Assembly (NCBI GenBank): GCA_965224325.1 | Contig: CBDCYT010000006.1 | Location: forward strand, 45,286-109,285 | From: Dehalococcoidia bacterium | GTDB taxonomy: Bacteria; Chloroflexota; Dehalococcoidia; Lucifugimonadales; UBA3495 | Reading direction: 5' to 3' | Length of the DNA: 64,000 nt | Part shown: in pieces, positions 10,110 to 19,254 of the stretch | Numbering within the stretch: the stretch's first letter is position 1 | Layout: each line of letters begins with the position of its first letter | The notes under the pieces: model-generated | Seen by the model: only the letters and a program-made list of their open reading frames with translations | Databases searched by the model: none | Told to the model about the DNA's origin: nothing | Program-made: the position numbers and the translations under genes

Positions 10110-10844
10110 GTGACGGCAGAAATAGCTTCCGCAGCGCAACTGCCGGTTGGTCCGGCGGAGCGAGGGTCTGTTCGAGTTGTGCTAAATCGGTGTGTCGCCG
10201 AATTCATTGGCGCCTTTGCGTTGGTTTTCGCGGGCACCGGGGCGATCATAATCGACGAACTGTCCGGAGGCCAGGTGACCCACGTGGGAGTGGGAGCCAC
10301 CTTTGGGCTAATCGTAGCAGCCATGGTCGTGGCCACCGGGCATATCTCCGGCGCCCATATTAACCCCGCGGTCACTTTGGGTTTCGTGTTGGCCCGGCAT
10401 TTCCCCTGGAGAGAAGCGCCTTTCTTCTGGGCGGCACAACTGGCCGGGGCGGCCGCGGCCAGCTTGGTGCTGCGAGGTCTCTTTGGCCTGGTGGCGGACA
10501 TGGGCGCCACCCTTCCCGCCGGAGACCCTTACCAGTCCTTAGGGCTAGAGGTCCTGCTCACCTTTTTCCTCATGTTTGTGATCATGGCGGTGGCTGCGGA
10601 CAGTAGGGCCGCGGGGCAGGGGGCGGCTTTGGCCATCGGTGCGACAGTGGGGTTGGAAGCTATATTCGCCGGCCCTATCTCCGGGGCCTCCATGAACCCC
10701 GCCCGCTCCTTCGGGCCGGCATTGGTGGCTGTCAACTGGACTGCCCACTGGGTCTATTGGGCTGGGCCCCTGGCGGGAGCGGCAGCCGGCGCCGTGGTCT
10801 ATAGATGGCTGCGAGACAACGGGAAGGCGGCGCCCCAGCCGTAA
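10110..10844 (+). CDS. MIP-family channel (aquaporin/glyceroporin-like)
   Basis: Two NPA boxes (HISGAHINPAVTLGF, ISGASMNPARSFGPA). Start is uncertain: GTG 10110 sits only 3 nt after TATAAT; in-frame GTG 10179 (GAGGG upstream) gives an AqpZ-like N-terminus. Confidence 0.9.
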   Translation: MTAEIASAAQLPVGPAERGSVRVVLNRCVAEFIGAFALVFAGTGAIIIDELSGGQVTHVGVGATFGLIVAAMVVATGHISGAHINPAVTLGFVLARHFPWREAPFFWAAQLAGAAAASLVLRGLFGLVADMGATLPAGDPYQSLGLEVLLTFFLMFVIMAVAADSRAAGQGAALAIGATVGLEAIFAGPISGASMNPARSFGPALVAVNWTAHWVYWAGPLAGAAAGAVVYRWLRDNGKAAPQP

Positions 10845-10964
10845 GCCCCGGAGGGACGGGTTCTTCGTCCGCCGGGCCATTGGACTGGGAGGGTTGGAGC
10901 CCGCCACCGCCAAAACCGGTATTACGCCGGCGGGATAGGTGATGGTGCATTGAGCTAGCGGGTC

Positions 10965-11720
10965 CTATTCTGCGGTGGTCCCACCGTCTATCCCCAGTTC
11001 GGACCCGGTCATGAAGGACGACTCGTCGGAGGCTAGAAATAAAACGCCGTAAGCGATGTCTTCCACCGTGCCGAGTCTGCCCAAAGGCACCCGGTCCAAC
11101 CGTCTTTGCAGACGCTCCGGATCGTCCAGCATCTCTTGAATGAACGGGGTATTCACGGGGCCGGGGTGGACCGAGTTGCACCGGATATTGTCATGCGCGT
11201 ACTGGATGGCGGTTGACTTGGTCAAGAGCCTCACCGCCCCTTTGCTGGCCGTATAGACCGCCGAACGGCCTATGGCCACGATGCCGGCGGTGGAGGATAT
11301 GTTGACAATGGACCCTCCTCCACTGCGGCGCAAAGCGGGGATGGCCTGCTTGGAGCCCAGGAACACGCCTTTGGCGTTGATATCCATAACGCGGTCCCAG
11401 TCCTCCCCGCTGGTCTCTTCGATGCTCCGGGAACCGATGGTGATTCCCGCATTGTTTACCAGGATGTCCACCTTGCCGTACTTGCTTTCGGCGAGCTCGA
11501 CAATTGTTTTCCAGTCCTCTTCCTCGGTGACGTCAAGGTGGTTGTAGGTGACGTCTCCCCCTAGCTCTCTGATTTGAGCCTCCAGCTTTATCCCATCCTC
11601 ATCCAATATGTCGCCGAAGCAAACCTTGGCGCCCTCCATGGCGAAGAGCCGGACTTCCTCGGCGCCTTGACCACGGCTGCCGCCGCTGATGATGGCAACT
11701 TTACCCTCTAGCCTGGCCAT
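10965..11720 (-). CDS. SDR-family oxidoreductase
   Basis: 251 aa from ATG 11720 (GGGAGG upstream); GKVAIISGGSRGQG, NNAG and YTASKGAV motifs. Confidence 0.85.
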   Translation of the reverse strand: MARLEGKVAIISGGSRGQGAEEVRLFAMEGAKVCFGDILDEDGIKLEAQIRELGGDVTYNHLDVTEEEDWKTIVELAESKYGKVDILVNNAGITIGSRSIEETSGEDWDRVMDINAKGVFLGSKQAIPALRRSGGGSIVNISSTAGIVAIGRSAVYTASKGAVRLLTKSTAIQYAHDNIRCNSVHPGPVNTPFIQEMLDDPERLQRRLDRVPLGRLGTVEDIAYGVLFLASDESSFMTGSELGIDGGTTAE

Positions 11721-11839
11721 AGTTGGACCTCCCGAATTGTCAGTGTGGATTCTGAATTTCCGATGCGCACCGGAAACGCTAATGGGGCCAGCAGCGCCAT
11801 TAACGCTTAATGCGGCCGGCAGCCTTGGCCGTAGATGGG

Positions 11840-12727
11840 CTAGCTCGCGACCACATCCTTGAATCGTTGGATGGCGTCGATGTGGTCTTGGGGCGACTGG
11901 AGTCCCGCCCCCATGGTGTTGACCGAGATGTGGGTTGCCCCTAATCCCTGCCAGGCGGCGGCTTTTGCCTGCCAAAATTCCGGATCGCCGTCGGTAACGT
12001 TAATCAGGGCGTCCATGCCAATGGCGGAAGGGTCCCGTCCGGCTTCCCTGGCAAGTTCCTGGACCTTGGCTATTCTAGCCCGCCCTGTGTCATCTGGCAG
12101 GAACCGAGGGAACCAACCGTCGGCCAAGCGGGCCACCCTCCGTAACACCCTGTCGTTCGACAGCGGGTTGCTGCGGCCGCCCACTCCCATCCAAATGGGT
12201 ATTGGCCGCTGCACCGGAAGCGGGCTGATCCCAGCGTGGGTTACCCGGTCCCAACGCCCCTGAAAATTGACCACGTCTTCAGTCCACAAGGACCGCAGAA
12301 GCTCGATTTGTTCCTCGTTGCGCTTTCCTCGGTCCTGAAAGCTCTTACCCAGAGCCTCGTACTCCACGTGGTTCCAACCCACTCCTACTCCCAGCCGGAG
12401 ACGCCCCCCGCTGAGCACGTCCACCTCCGCCGCTTGCTTAGCCACGAGGGCGGTCTGCCGCTGCCCCAGGATGATTACCGCAGTCACCAACTCGAGTTTA
12501 GTGGTGATGCCCGCCAGATAGCCGAACAGGACGAACGGCTCGTGGAACATGTGCTGGGAAGTATAGGTTGCTGGCCAATTCGAGTGATGCCGGGTATCGG
12601 CGCCCAACACGTGGTCATAGGCAATTACGTAGGAGTACCCTAAGTCCTCAGCCGCTTGCGCGTATTCCCTGACCGCGCCAGGGTCGGAGCCGATTTCGGT
12701 TTGGGGGAACACGACGCCAATATTCAT
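11840..12727 (-). CDS. LLM-class (luciferase-like) F420-dependent oxidoreductase
   Basis: 295 aa; TIM-barrel LLM pattern (LSGGRLRLGVGVGW, PIPIWMGVGG). Confidence 0.85.
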   Translation of the reverse strand: MNIGVVFPQTEIGSDPGAVREYAQAAEDLGYSYVIAYDHVLGADTRHHSNWPATYTSQHMFHEPFVLFGYLAGITTKLELVTAVIILGQRQTALVAKQAAEVDVLSGGRLRLGVGVGWNHVEYEALGKSFQDRGKRNEEQIELLRSLWTEDVVNFQGRWDRVTHAGISPLPVQRPIPIWMGVGGRSNPLSNDRVLRRVARLADGWFPRFLPDDTGRARIAKVQELAREAGRDPSAIGMDALINVTDGDPEFWQAKAAAWQGLGATHISVNTMGAGLQSPQDHIDAIQRFKDVVAS

Positions 12728-13049
12728 TGCCTTCTCCTTCGTGTTTTAGTTCTGATGGTTACCTGGGTTGTTTATAGAGGACTTGGTGAAGCCCAGACAG
12801 AGGATAGGATATCCGACCAAGAATCACCCTGATGGCCCGGTGGGGTATCCTTGTACAAAGCGCGGTAAGACGGACAAACGGATGGCCAATCGCTCAGCGG
12901 ACAACTAGGTAGGGTTGGCCGTCACCGGTGCGGCGGCCCGGCGCGCCTGAATGCCTCAGCGGCCTACATCTCCAACTTAGGTGTCCGGCGGGTTTCCTGA
13001 CATTATATGGCGTTGGGATGCGTCGTCAATGCCCGTCGGCGGGCCCCGC

Positions 13050-13544
13050 GGGGCCTTTTCGTTTTCTGGGTTGGCTCGCATAGTTCCCGTCATTCCCGCG
13101 ACAGCCGTCATTCCAGCGCCTTCCGTCATTCCCGCGGAAGCGGGAATCCAGAGACCTTTGCGACAGGAAGGCTGGCATTGGACGGACAACCTTAGATTCC
13201 CGCTTTCGCGGGAATGACGGTAGGTGGGAACGACGGGACGGGGGAATGACGGAAGGTGGGAATGACGGTAGGTGGGAACGACGGGAGGGGGGAATGACGG
13301 AAGGCGGGCATGACGGGAGGGGGGGAACGACGGAAGGCTGGAATGACGGGAGCGGGGAACGACGGAAGGCAGGAACGACGGAAGGCAGGAACGACGGAAG
13401 GCAGGAATGACGGAACGCAGGAATAACAGAAGGCAGGAATGACGGGTAAGGCGGGAACGACGGAAGGCAGGAATGACGGAGGGCGGGAACGACGGAAGCT
13501 GGGAATGGCGGAAGGTGGGAATGACGGAAGAATCACCGGGCCCT
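13050..13544 (+). mobile_element. type II mosaic MITE-like element, copy a
   Basis: Flanked by an exact 12-bp direct repeat GGCGGGCCCCGC (13038-13049 and 13545-13556); same architecture as 43958-44244. Confidence 0.65.
13210..13530. repeat. ~20 tandem copies of a 16-nt unit (GGGAAYGACGGRAGGY)
   Basis: Read directly; the unit is the GGGAATGACGG half-site of the hairpin module. Confidence 0.85.
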
Positions 13545-13952
13545 GGCGGGCCCCGCCATCCATGAGCGTTCGTCGACAAGAAGCTTGCGCCTCCCAAGGG
13601 ATAATTGCTCCTTGACCGCCTACTATAGGGCCACTAAAATCGATTATAACCATCGAGATTCTTTTTGGACTTCGTCCAAGATGGCCGCGTTAACGGTGCC
13701 GTCGGGCTACCGGAATCGACATGGCCATCGAGGTCCTTTCTGTCGCTAGGACCCACTCGGAGTGGAGTTGGGGACTTTTTGGATGCAATCCGGGCTGAGG
13801 CCCGAGGGGCTAGACCTTCGTAATGAGGCGAACGGCATATAAAGACCCTCAACCGGCCGGTGGGGGACTTGAGTGCTCCTCCGTGCTCCGGCAATCTGGT
13901 GGTATGCGGTTACTGGCCGACTTGGATCTAAGCTTGAAGGAGGGATACACCA

Positions 13953-14945
13953 ATGACGCAATCGAGTGATCTCCATCGCAGGTTATACGTCGGGACCGTT
14001 GACGGGGTATGCGCCCTAAGCAGTTATGACGCCGGGCGCACCTGGGAACAGGGCAACATGACACCGTTGGACCATGCGGCCGCTCGGTTGTCGGTCAGCG
14101 CCGCAGAGCCGGGCGTGGTTTACCTGGCCGCCTACGAAGCGGGCGTGCTCAGGAGTGACGACAGCGGCGCTACGTGGCGCCAACTCCCTTCTTATCCCAC
14201 CGGCTACGCCCATAGCGTGACGGCCCATCCCGATCAGCCGGGAGTCGTGTTCGTGGGCAGCGAACCGGCCGCCATTTTCCGCTCTAATGACGGCGGCGAG
14301 AACTGGGAGGAATCTGAGAGTTTCCGTCAAGTGCCTGAGTCCAGCCGTTGGAATTTTCATGGGGACCGTCTTTCCCACGTGCGTGAATTACGGATGGCGC
14401 CGGGCGACCCTGACACAATGTTTGCCGGGATTGAGGTTGGAGGGATGGTCCGTTCCGATGACGGCGGAGAGAGTTGGAAGCAACTGGAGGGCACCCACGA
14501 CGACATTCACTTCGTAAACGTGAGCAGGGTCAACCCGCGACGCGTGTACGTGGCCACGGCCGAAGCGCCGTTTCGCAGCGACGATGGCGGGGAGCACTGG
14601 GAAAGGATCAACGATGGGCTGGAACGGCGCTACACTTTGCACATCACCGCGGCTCCCACGGATGCCGACCTAGTGCTGGTGACGGTTTCCAGCAGCGCCG
14701 GGCGCAACAATCCTCAGTTCTACCGCTCGACGGACGGCGGCCACCATTGGAAGCTGGTTGAGCAAATAGGCCAGGACGGAGACATGGTTGTGGCCATCGA
14801 TTGGGACCCGGCCAGCCCGGGCCGAGTCTATGCAGGCACGGACAAGGGGAAAATTTATTGCAGCGAGGACGGTGGTCAAGGGTGGCAGCCGGTGGAGGCC
14901 GACCTGGCTACAATTGCCATTGGCGCTTTAGTGGTGGGCGCCTAG
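13953..14945 (+). CDS. BNR/Asp-box repeat (sialidase-fold / Ycf48-like beta-propeller) protein
   Basis: 330 aa with repeated S-x-D-x-G-x-x-W boxes (SDDSGATW, SNDGGENW, SDDGGESW, SDDGGEHW, STDGGHHW, SEDGGQGW). Confidence 0.7.
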   Translation: MTQSSDLHRRLYVGTVDGVCALSSYDAGRTWEQGNMTPLDHAAARLSVSAAEPGVVYLAAYEAGVLRSDDSGATWRQLPSYPTGYAHSVTAHPDQPGVVFVGSEPAAIFRSNDGGENWEESESFRQVPESSRWNFHGDRLSHVRELRMAPGDPDTMFAGIEVGGMVRSDDGGESWKQLEGTHDDIHFVNVSRVNPRRVYVATAEAPFRSDDGGEHWERINDGLERRYTLHITAAPTDADLVLVTVSSSAGRNNPQFYRSTDGGHHWKLVEQIGQDGDMVVAIDWDPASPGRVYAGTDKGKIYCSEDGGQGWQPVEADLATIAIGALVVGA

Positions 14946-15128
14946 TCCAGCGCAGATCCACGCGCGTCCAGGAAATCCGTTCCGGCGAGTCGGCTACTCC
15001 GGGCGGCGAAGGCGCCGCGACGGTTGCAGGGCCCGGCTGGATAACGGCCGCTAAACATCCTACCGGTCAACTTGATTGTCCAAGTTGGCGGGCAAGTTGG
15101 CCGGTGGCTACACTGCAGGTGTCTTTAA

Positions 15129-15776
15129 TTACGTTGCATCAGGTGCATTCTTGACCCGAGAGCGAAACTGGCGGTCGTCCACCACTACGGTCTTGACTAT
15201 CTTGTCATGAAGGGCCTGCCGGTCTCGGTCCCAAAAGGCCCATAGGCCGTCCAGAACCGATCCGAGGCCCAATGTCACGGAGTCAATCGCCAGCCCAATG
15301 ATGCCGAACTTGATGACGACCTCCCGGATGAAGGTCCACCCCCAGTCGGAAGGACTTCCATCGCAGCGGATAACGCGGATGCCCAGGACTTGCTTGCCCG
15401 GGGTCTGGCCGTGACTCAAAGAGAAGCCTAGCCAAATAACGTAACCGATCACCAGAGTGAGCAAGAGGAGTAGCGCTTCCAGCAGGTAGGCCACAACACG
15501 CCGCGTAATACTGGCTGCTTTGACTCCTACCGGGCCGTTGAGGAACTGCTGACACCATGGGCAAAAAAGCCCGTCACCGTCAAAACCTCGTTGGCAGTCG
15601 GGACAACCGGTGAGCATAGTGGCCCCGCAATAGTTGCAAAAACCGACACCACCGGGGTTATCTTGGCGGCACGCCGGGCACGTGACAGTATCGACACGGG
15701 AAGCCAGCGCCGTGCCGCAATTGCCGCAGAAACGGGCCTCCGGAAGGTTATCGTTTCCACAATTCGGGCAGTTCAC
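15129..15776 (-). CDS. zinc-ribbon / RDD-family membrane protein
   Basis: N-terminal CPNCG...CGNCG, CPAC...CNYCG, CPDC...CPWC ribbons followed by an RDD-like hydrophobic domain. Confidence 0.75.
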   Translation of the reverse strand: MNCPNCGNDNLPEARFCGNCGTALASRVDTVTCPACRQDNPGGVGFCNYCGATMLTGCPDCQRGFDGDGLFCPWCQQFLNGPVGVKAASITRRVVAYLLEALLLLLTLVIGYVIWLGFSLSHGQTPGKQVLGIRVIRCDGSPSDWGWTFIREVVIKFGIIGLAIDSVTLGLGSVLDGLWAFWDRDRQALHDKIVKTVVVDDRQFRSRVKNAPDAT

Positions 15777-15814
15777 ACCAAGTCTCCAATGCTGTGGCTT
15801 CTACTCAAGCCACC

Positions 15815-16657
15815 TCAGATCAACTTGGCGTACTCGTCTATGAGGGGCAGTACCTCCTCCCGTTCCACCGATGGCAACGAGAATACCACTCGTTCCACGC
15901 CCGCCGCTTCCATTCCGCGTATTATGTCCGGGTCCGGTTGGGTGCCGAAAGAGGAGATCGAAATCGACGCCGGGTCCCTCCCGGCCTCGGAAGCTTGGCG
16001 CTTGAGCAAGGCGATTTTCTCCGCCATGCTGGGCCCTCTGGGTGCTCCACTCCCTACTGGCATCCAGCCGTCACAATACTCGACTACCCGATCAAAGGTC
16101 GTCGCGCCATCGCCGCCCATGATTATGGGCGGGTGAGGCTGTTGCACCGGTTTGGGGTAGGCCCAGATTTTGTCGAAGTCGACGAATTCTCCGTGGTATT
16201 CGGGCTCGTCTGCGGTCCATATCTCTTTCATGGCCAGGATTCGCTCGCGGAGCAGGCGCCAGCGGCTCTTGAAATTGGTCCCGTGGTTGCCCATTTCCTC
16301 AGAGTTCCAGCCTCCGCCTATCCCGAACAGGAAGCGCCCGCCGGATAACCTGTCCAGGCTGGCAACCTCCTTGGCGGTGACTATGGGGTCGCGCTCGATC
16401 ATCAAGCAAATTCCTGTTCCCAGCTTCAGGTTGGTGGTTACAGACGCGGCGGCGGTCAAGGCCAAGAAGGGATCGTACGTGTGCCAGTACATTTCCGGGA
16501 GATCGGTGCCTCCGGGAAATGGAGACAGTCTGCTGGCGGGTATGTGGGTATGTTCAGGCACCCACATAGACCCGAATTCCCGGTCTTCCAACAAGCGGGC
16601 CAGGTCATCCGGCCGGATGGAATAGTCGGTGCAAAACATGTAGGCTCCAAATTCCAT
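15815..16657 (-). CDS. LLM-class F420-dependent oxidoreductase
   Basis: 280 aa; LSGGRFLFGIGGGW, PHPPIIMGG; GGGAGGA upstream of the ATG. Confidence 0.85.
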   Translation of the reverse strand: MEFGAYMFCTDYSIRPDDLARLLEDREFGSMWVPEHTHIPASRLSPFPGGTDLPEMYWHTYDPFLALTAAASVTTNLKLGTGICLMIERDPIVTAKEVASLDRLSGGRFLFGIGGGWNSEEMGNHGTNFKSRWRLLRERILAMKEIWTADEPEYHGEFVDFDKIWAYPKPVQQPHPPIIMGGDGATTFDRVVEYCDGWMPVGSGAPRGPSMAEKIALLKRQASEAGRDPASISISSFGTQPDPDIIRGMEAAGVERVVFSLPSVEREEVLPLIDEYAKLI

Positions 16658-16959
16658 GGCTTCCTCCCAACGGGTTAATCCCGGACAAGTATTGAGTAAT
16701 TATACTATCACGAGCGGCAACGCAAAGGGGAATTACAAGAGTTGTCTTCGGCTCCCAGGCTCCCCAGCCGCAGACGTAGGGGCAGCCAATCCTTCACCAA
16801 AGAATGCCATGTCCTCAGCAGCGGGTGTGGGATGTAGGGGCGGCCCTTGTGGCCGCCGACGGCGGAGAATGGAAAGGCCCAGGGGGCGGTTGAAGTTGCG
16901 TGGCTAGCGTGGTGAGACGGACCCCGGCAACCGGCGTGCTGACCTGAGGTCCTCAGCGC

Positions 16960-17412
16960 TCATTCCTCCGGGTCCATGTAGGCATTGGGGACAATTGCGC
17001 TTCCTTGCCCAATGCCGGTCGTGTCCCCGTTTTGGTTGATAACTTGGATGTCCAGCGACACTTTGGCGCCATTGGGCTCCCGAGAGGTTGCGGATATTTT
17101 CCCCGAAAAGGTAATTGTGTCACCGGGGCGCACCGGCCGCAGGAATCGCAGGTCAACCACTCCGGTGTGATTAAAGACGTCGCCGCCGAAGTGACGCCTC
17201 AGCATCTCCATGGCGAAGGCCAACGACATCCTGCCCGAAGCTACGGTGCCCTGGGTTCCCAAGGTCTGCCTGGCGGTTTCCACGTCGGTGAACTGAGAAG
17301 GGCTTGTTTGACCGGCGCTGCCCTCAAACAGGTTGATGGCTTCCTGGGTCATGTGTTTAGTTAGGGGTGTAAGCTCGTCGCCCACCTGGTAGCTCCTCGT
17401 TAGTCTCCCCAT
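16960..17412 (-). CDS. MaoC-family (R-specific) dehydratase, hot-dog fold
   Basis: 150 aa; typical MaoC C-terminal hot-dog pattern (LRFLRPVRPGDTITFSGKI). Confidence 0.8.
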   Translation of the reverse strand: MGRLTRSYQVGDELTPLTKHMTQEAINLFEGSAGQTSPSQFTDVETARQTLGTQGTVASGRMSLAFAMEMLRRHFGGDVFNHTGVVDLRFLRPVRPGDTITFSGKISATSREPNGAKVSLDIQVINQNGDTTGIGQGSAIVPNAYMDPEE

Positions 17413-17819
17413 TTCTTGCCCACCTCGGAGGGCTGCTTCAACTCATGGGTGATGACCCGGTCTATCAAACGTCCGTCTTCATCAACCGAAACCGCCTCGG
17501 TAACGATGTAATTTTTGCCCCTTCTCAGGTATTTATCAGCAATCCAGGCCCTGACCGTTATGGTTTTACCAGACAGGGGAGGGTTGTAACAATGAAAAGT
17601 GCAGCGGGCGTTTACGGAACCGTTGTCCCGGTACTTTGCGTTGTACTGCTTGACGTCCACTTTGTGGGAGATAGTGGGAAAACCGGCTTCGGGGTCCGTC
17701 ACACCTTGTCTGTAGGCGTCGATCATATCCTGGGTCAAGACATACTGGTGCTTCTCAAAGGTTTCGCCGACCTCCAAGGCATCCCAGTCAAGTAGTATCC
17801 GGCCGTCAGTATCTGCCAT
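17400..17819 (-). CDS. MaoC-like/FAS1-like dehydratase N-terminal hot-dog subunit
   Basis: 139 aa; overlaps the downstream MaoC gene by 13 nt, suggesting a heteromeric hydratase. Confidence 0.65.
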   Translation of the reverse strand: MADTDGRILLDWDALEVGETFEKHQYVLTQDMIDAYRQGVTDPEAGFPTISHKVDVKQYNAKYRDNGSVNARCTFHCYNPPLSGKTITVRAWIADKYLRRGKNYIVTEAVSVDEDGRLIDRVITHELKQPSEVGKKWGD

Positions 17820-17900
17820 TTGGGGACCGTCCTATGTCACTTCTAGGGTCAATTAGCGAGCAGTTCCGTGGGCTGACATCTTTGCGGCGTTAACCACAGG

Positions 17901-18995
17901 CTAAGCCGGCGCGGCGGCTTTTCCCTCCGCCGAAGCTTGGCGAATAGTGTCGATAAGATGGTGCAGTTCTACCGCGGTGTCGAAGTCGGGATGGCTTGTT
18001 TGGTCCGACCGGATAGCCTCACCGAACATGTAATAAAGTTGGCCTACGTTGTAAGCCGGTCCCTGGGGCATGCCTTCCAACACGTAGGTGTGCTTGTCCG
18101 GGATATCCAGGTCTCCCAGGTCGTCTCCCATTTGAGACCCTTGTATCCGCACCGGCCCCAACTGGGGGGAGTCTTCAGAGGTAGCCACGAGGGTGCCCTC
18201 CCGGCCGTAGATTTCCATGCGGTAGCCGCTCCCGGCCCAAGGGATACTGGCAACGTGGGCTGACACCACCGCTCCGCCGGCTAGCCGGCCGCTAATCAGT
18301 ATATTGTCCGGGGCCGTGACATCCAGCAGTTGTTGCGTGTCGGTTTCCAACCACTGGCCGCACTGAGTGGACACCACCGAGGAGACCTCGCTGAATTCAC
18401 CGAGCACGAACCGCAGAGCATCCAACGAGTGGCCGGCCGCGATGGTGAGGGTGGTGGCGCCCAGGGCGTCGTCTCGCTGCCAAGTCCGGCCCGATGGCCT
18501 GGCAAGCACTCCTCCCCGGATCAAGCTCATCGAGCAGGACATGACTTCGCCGATGTACCCGTCTTCAACCAGTTCCTTAAGATAATTCAAGGCGGGGGCC
18601 GCCCGTGCTTGCAACCCAACGACCACTTTCAGGCCCTTGGAGCGGGCCAGGCCGGCCAGTTCTTGAGCTTCGTCGATGTCTTTACCCAGCGGCCACTCGG
18701 TAAAAACGTGCTTGCCCGCCTCCAAAGCGTCTTTGGTGATCTGGTAGTGGGAGGGTACGCGCAGCACCACCGCCACTGCGTCGATGCCCGGGTGAGCCAG
18801 CATGTCGTGATAATTGTCGAACGCCAACTTGGCGCCGAATTGGCGAGCCGACTCACTGGCAGTCTCCATGCGGGTGGTGCAGACCGCGGTCAGCTCAAAC
18901 TCGGGGCTGGCGGCGATGGCAGGCAGATGGGAGCGATGGGCCCAACCCACCGTGGGGCTTGCTCCAATAATTCCCAGACGTATGGGATCAGGCAT
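17901..18995 (-). CDS. Gfo/Idh/MocA-family oxidoreductase
   Basis: 364 aa; N-terminal Rossmann (IRLGIIGAS) and the EWPL motif characteristic of the family. Confidence 0.85.
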   Translation of the reverse strand: MPDPIRLGIIGASPTVGWAHRSHLPAIAASPEFELTAVCTTRMETASESARQFGAKLAFDNYHDMLAHPGIDAVAVVLRVPSHYQITKDALEAGKHVFTEWPLGKDIDEAQELAGLARSKGLKVVVGLQARAAPALNYLKELVEDGYIGEVMSCSMSLIRGGVLARPSGRTWQRDDALGATTLTIAAGHSLDALRFVLGEFSEVSSVVSTQCGQWLETDTQQLLDVTAPDNILISGRLAGGAVVSAHVASIPWAGSGYRMEIYGREGTLVATSEDSPQLGPVRIQGSQMGDDLGDLDIPDKHTYVLEGMPQGPAYNVGQLYYMFGEAIRSDQTSHPDFDTAVELHHLIDTIRQASAEGKAAAPA

Positions 18996-19170
18996 GAGTT
19001 ATCTCCCTGGGGGCGAGTGTCAGATGAGTATTAGGGGTGGGTGTTGTTGAGCGGGCTGCCGCAGTTAAGCCGCCGAGGTCAGGCCCTGGACCAATTCCAG
19101 CAGACACAGTTGACCGCCAGGGGAGATACGGGGACTGGCTTAGCCCCGGAACGTGCAGGGCTGATTCAGG

Positions 19171-19209
19171 CCCAGCGGCTGTGACCTTCGCCACAGCCGC
19201 TGGGTTTTG
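19171..19209. terminator. perfect 13-bp-stem hairpin; T-tract only on the + strand
   Basis: CCCAGCGGCTGTG-accttcgc-CACAGCCGCTGGG followed by TTTTGT; lies 46 nt downstream of the stop of the minus-strand amidohydrolase gene. Confidence 0.5.
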
Positions 19210-19254
19210 TCCGTCTCCCCGAAGTAAAGACCGAGGAGGCCAGCCGTTACAGCT

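Noticed and set aside
13210-13530. Possible CRISPR array (also considered for 35098-35357 and 31932-32270)
   Set aside because: The units are contiguous (16-nt, 64-nt or degenerate ~76-nt periods). There are no unique spacers, no cas genes and no leader.
12977-13653. 206-aa and 153-aa minus-strand ORFs rich in P/S/F/R (…SVIPAFRRS…)
   Set aside because: They are translations of the 16-nt tandem array and hairpin modules of the type II element. The periodic peptide follows the DNA repeat, not a protein fold.
16830-16870. GTAGGGGCGGCCCTTGTGGCCGCC hairpin, considered as another repeat family
   Set aside because: It is a single occurrence in this window (a weaker relative lies at 16778), so I cannot establish a family from this sequence alone.
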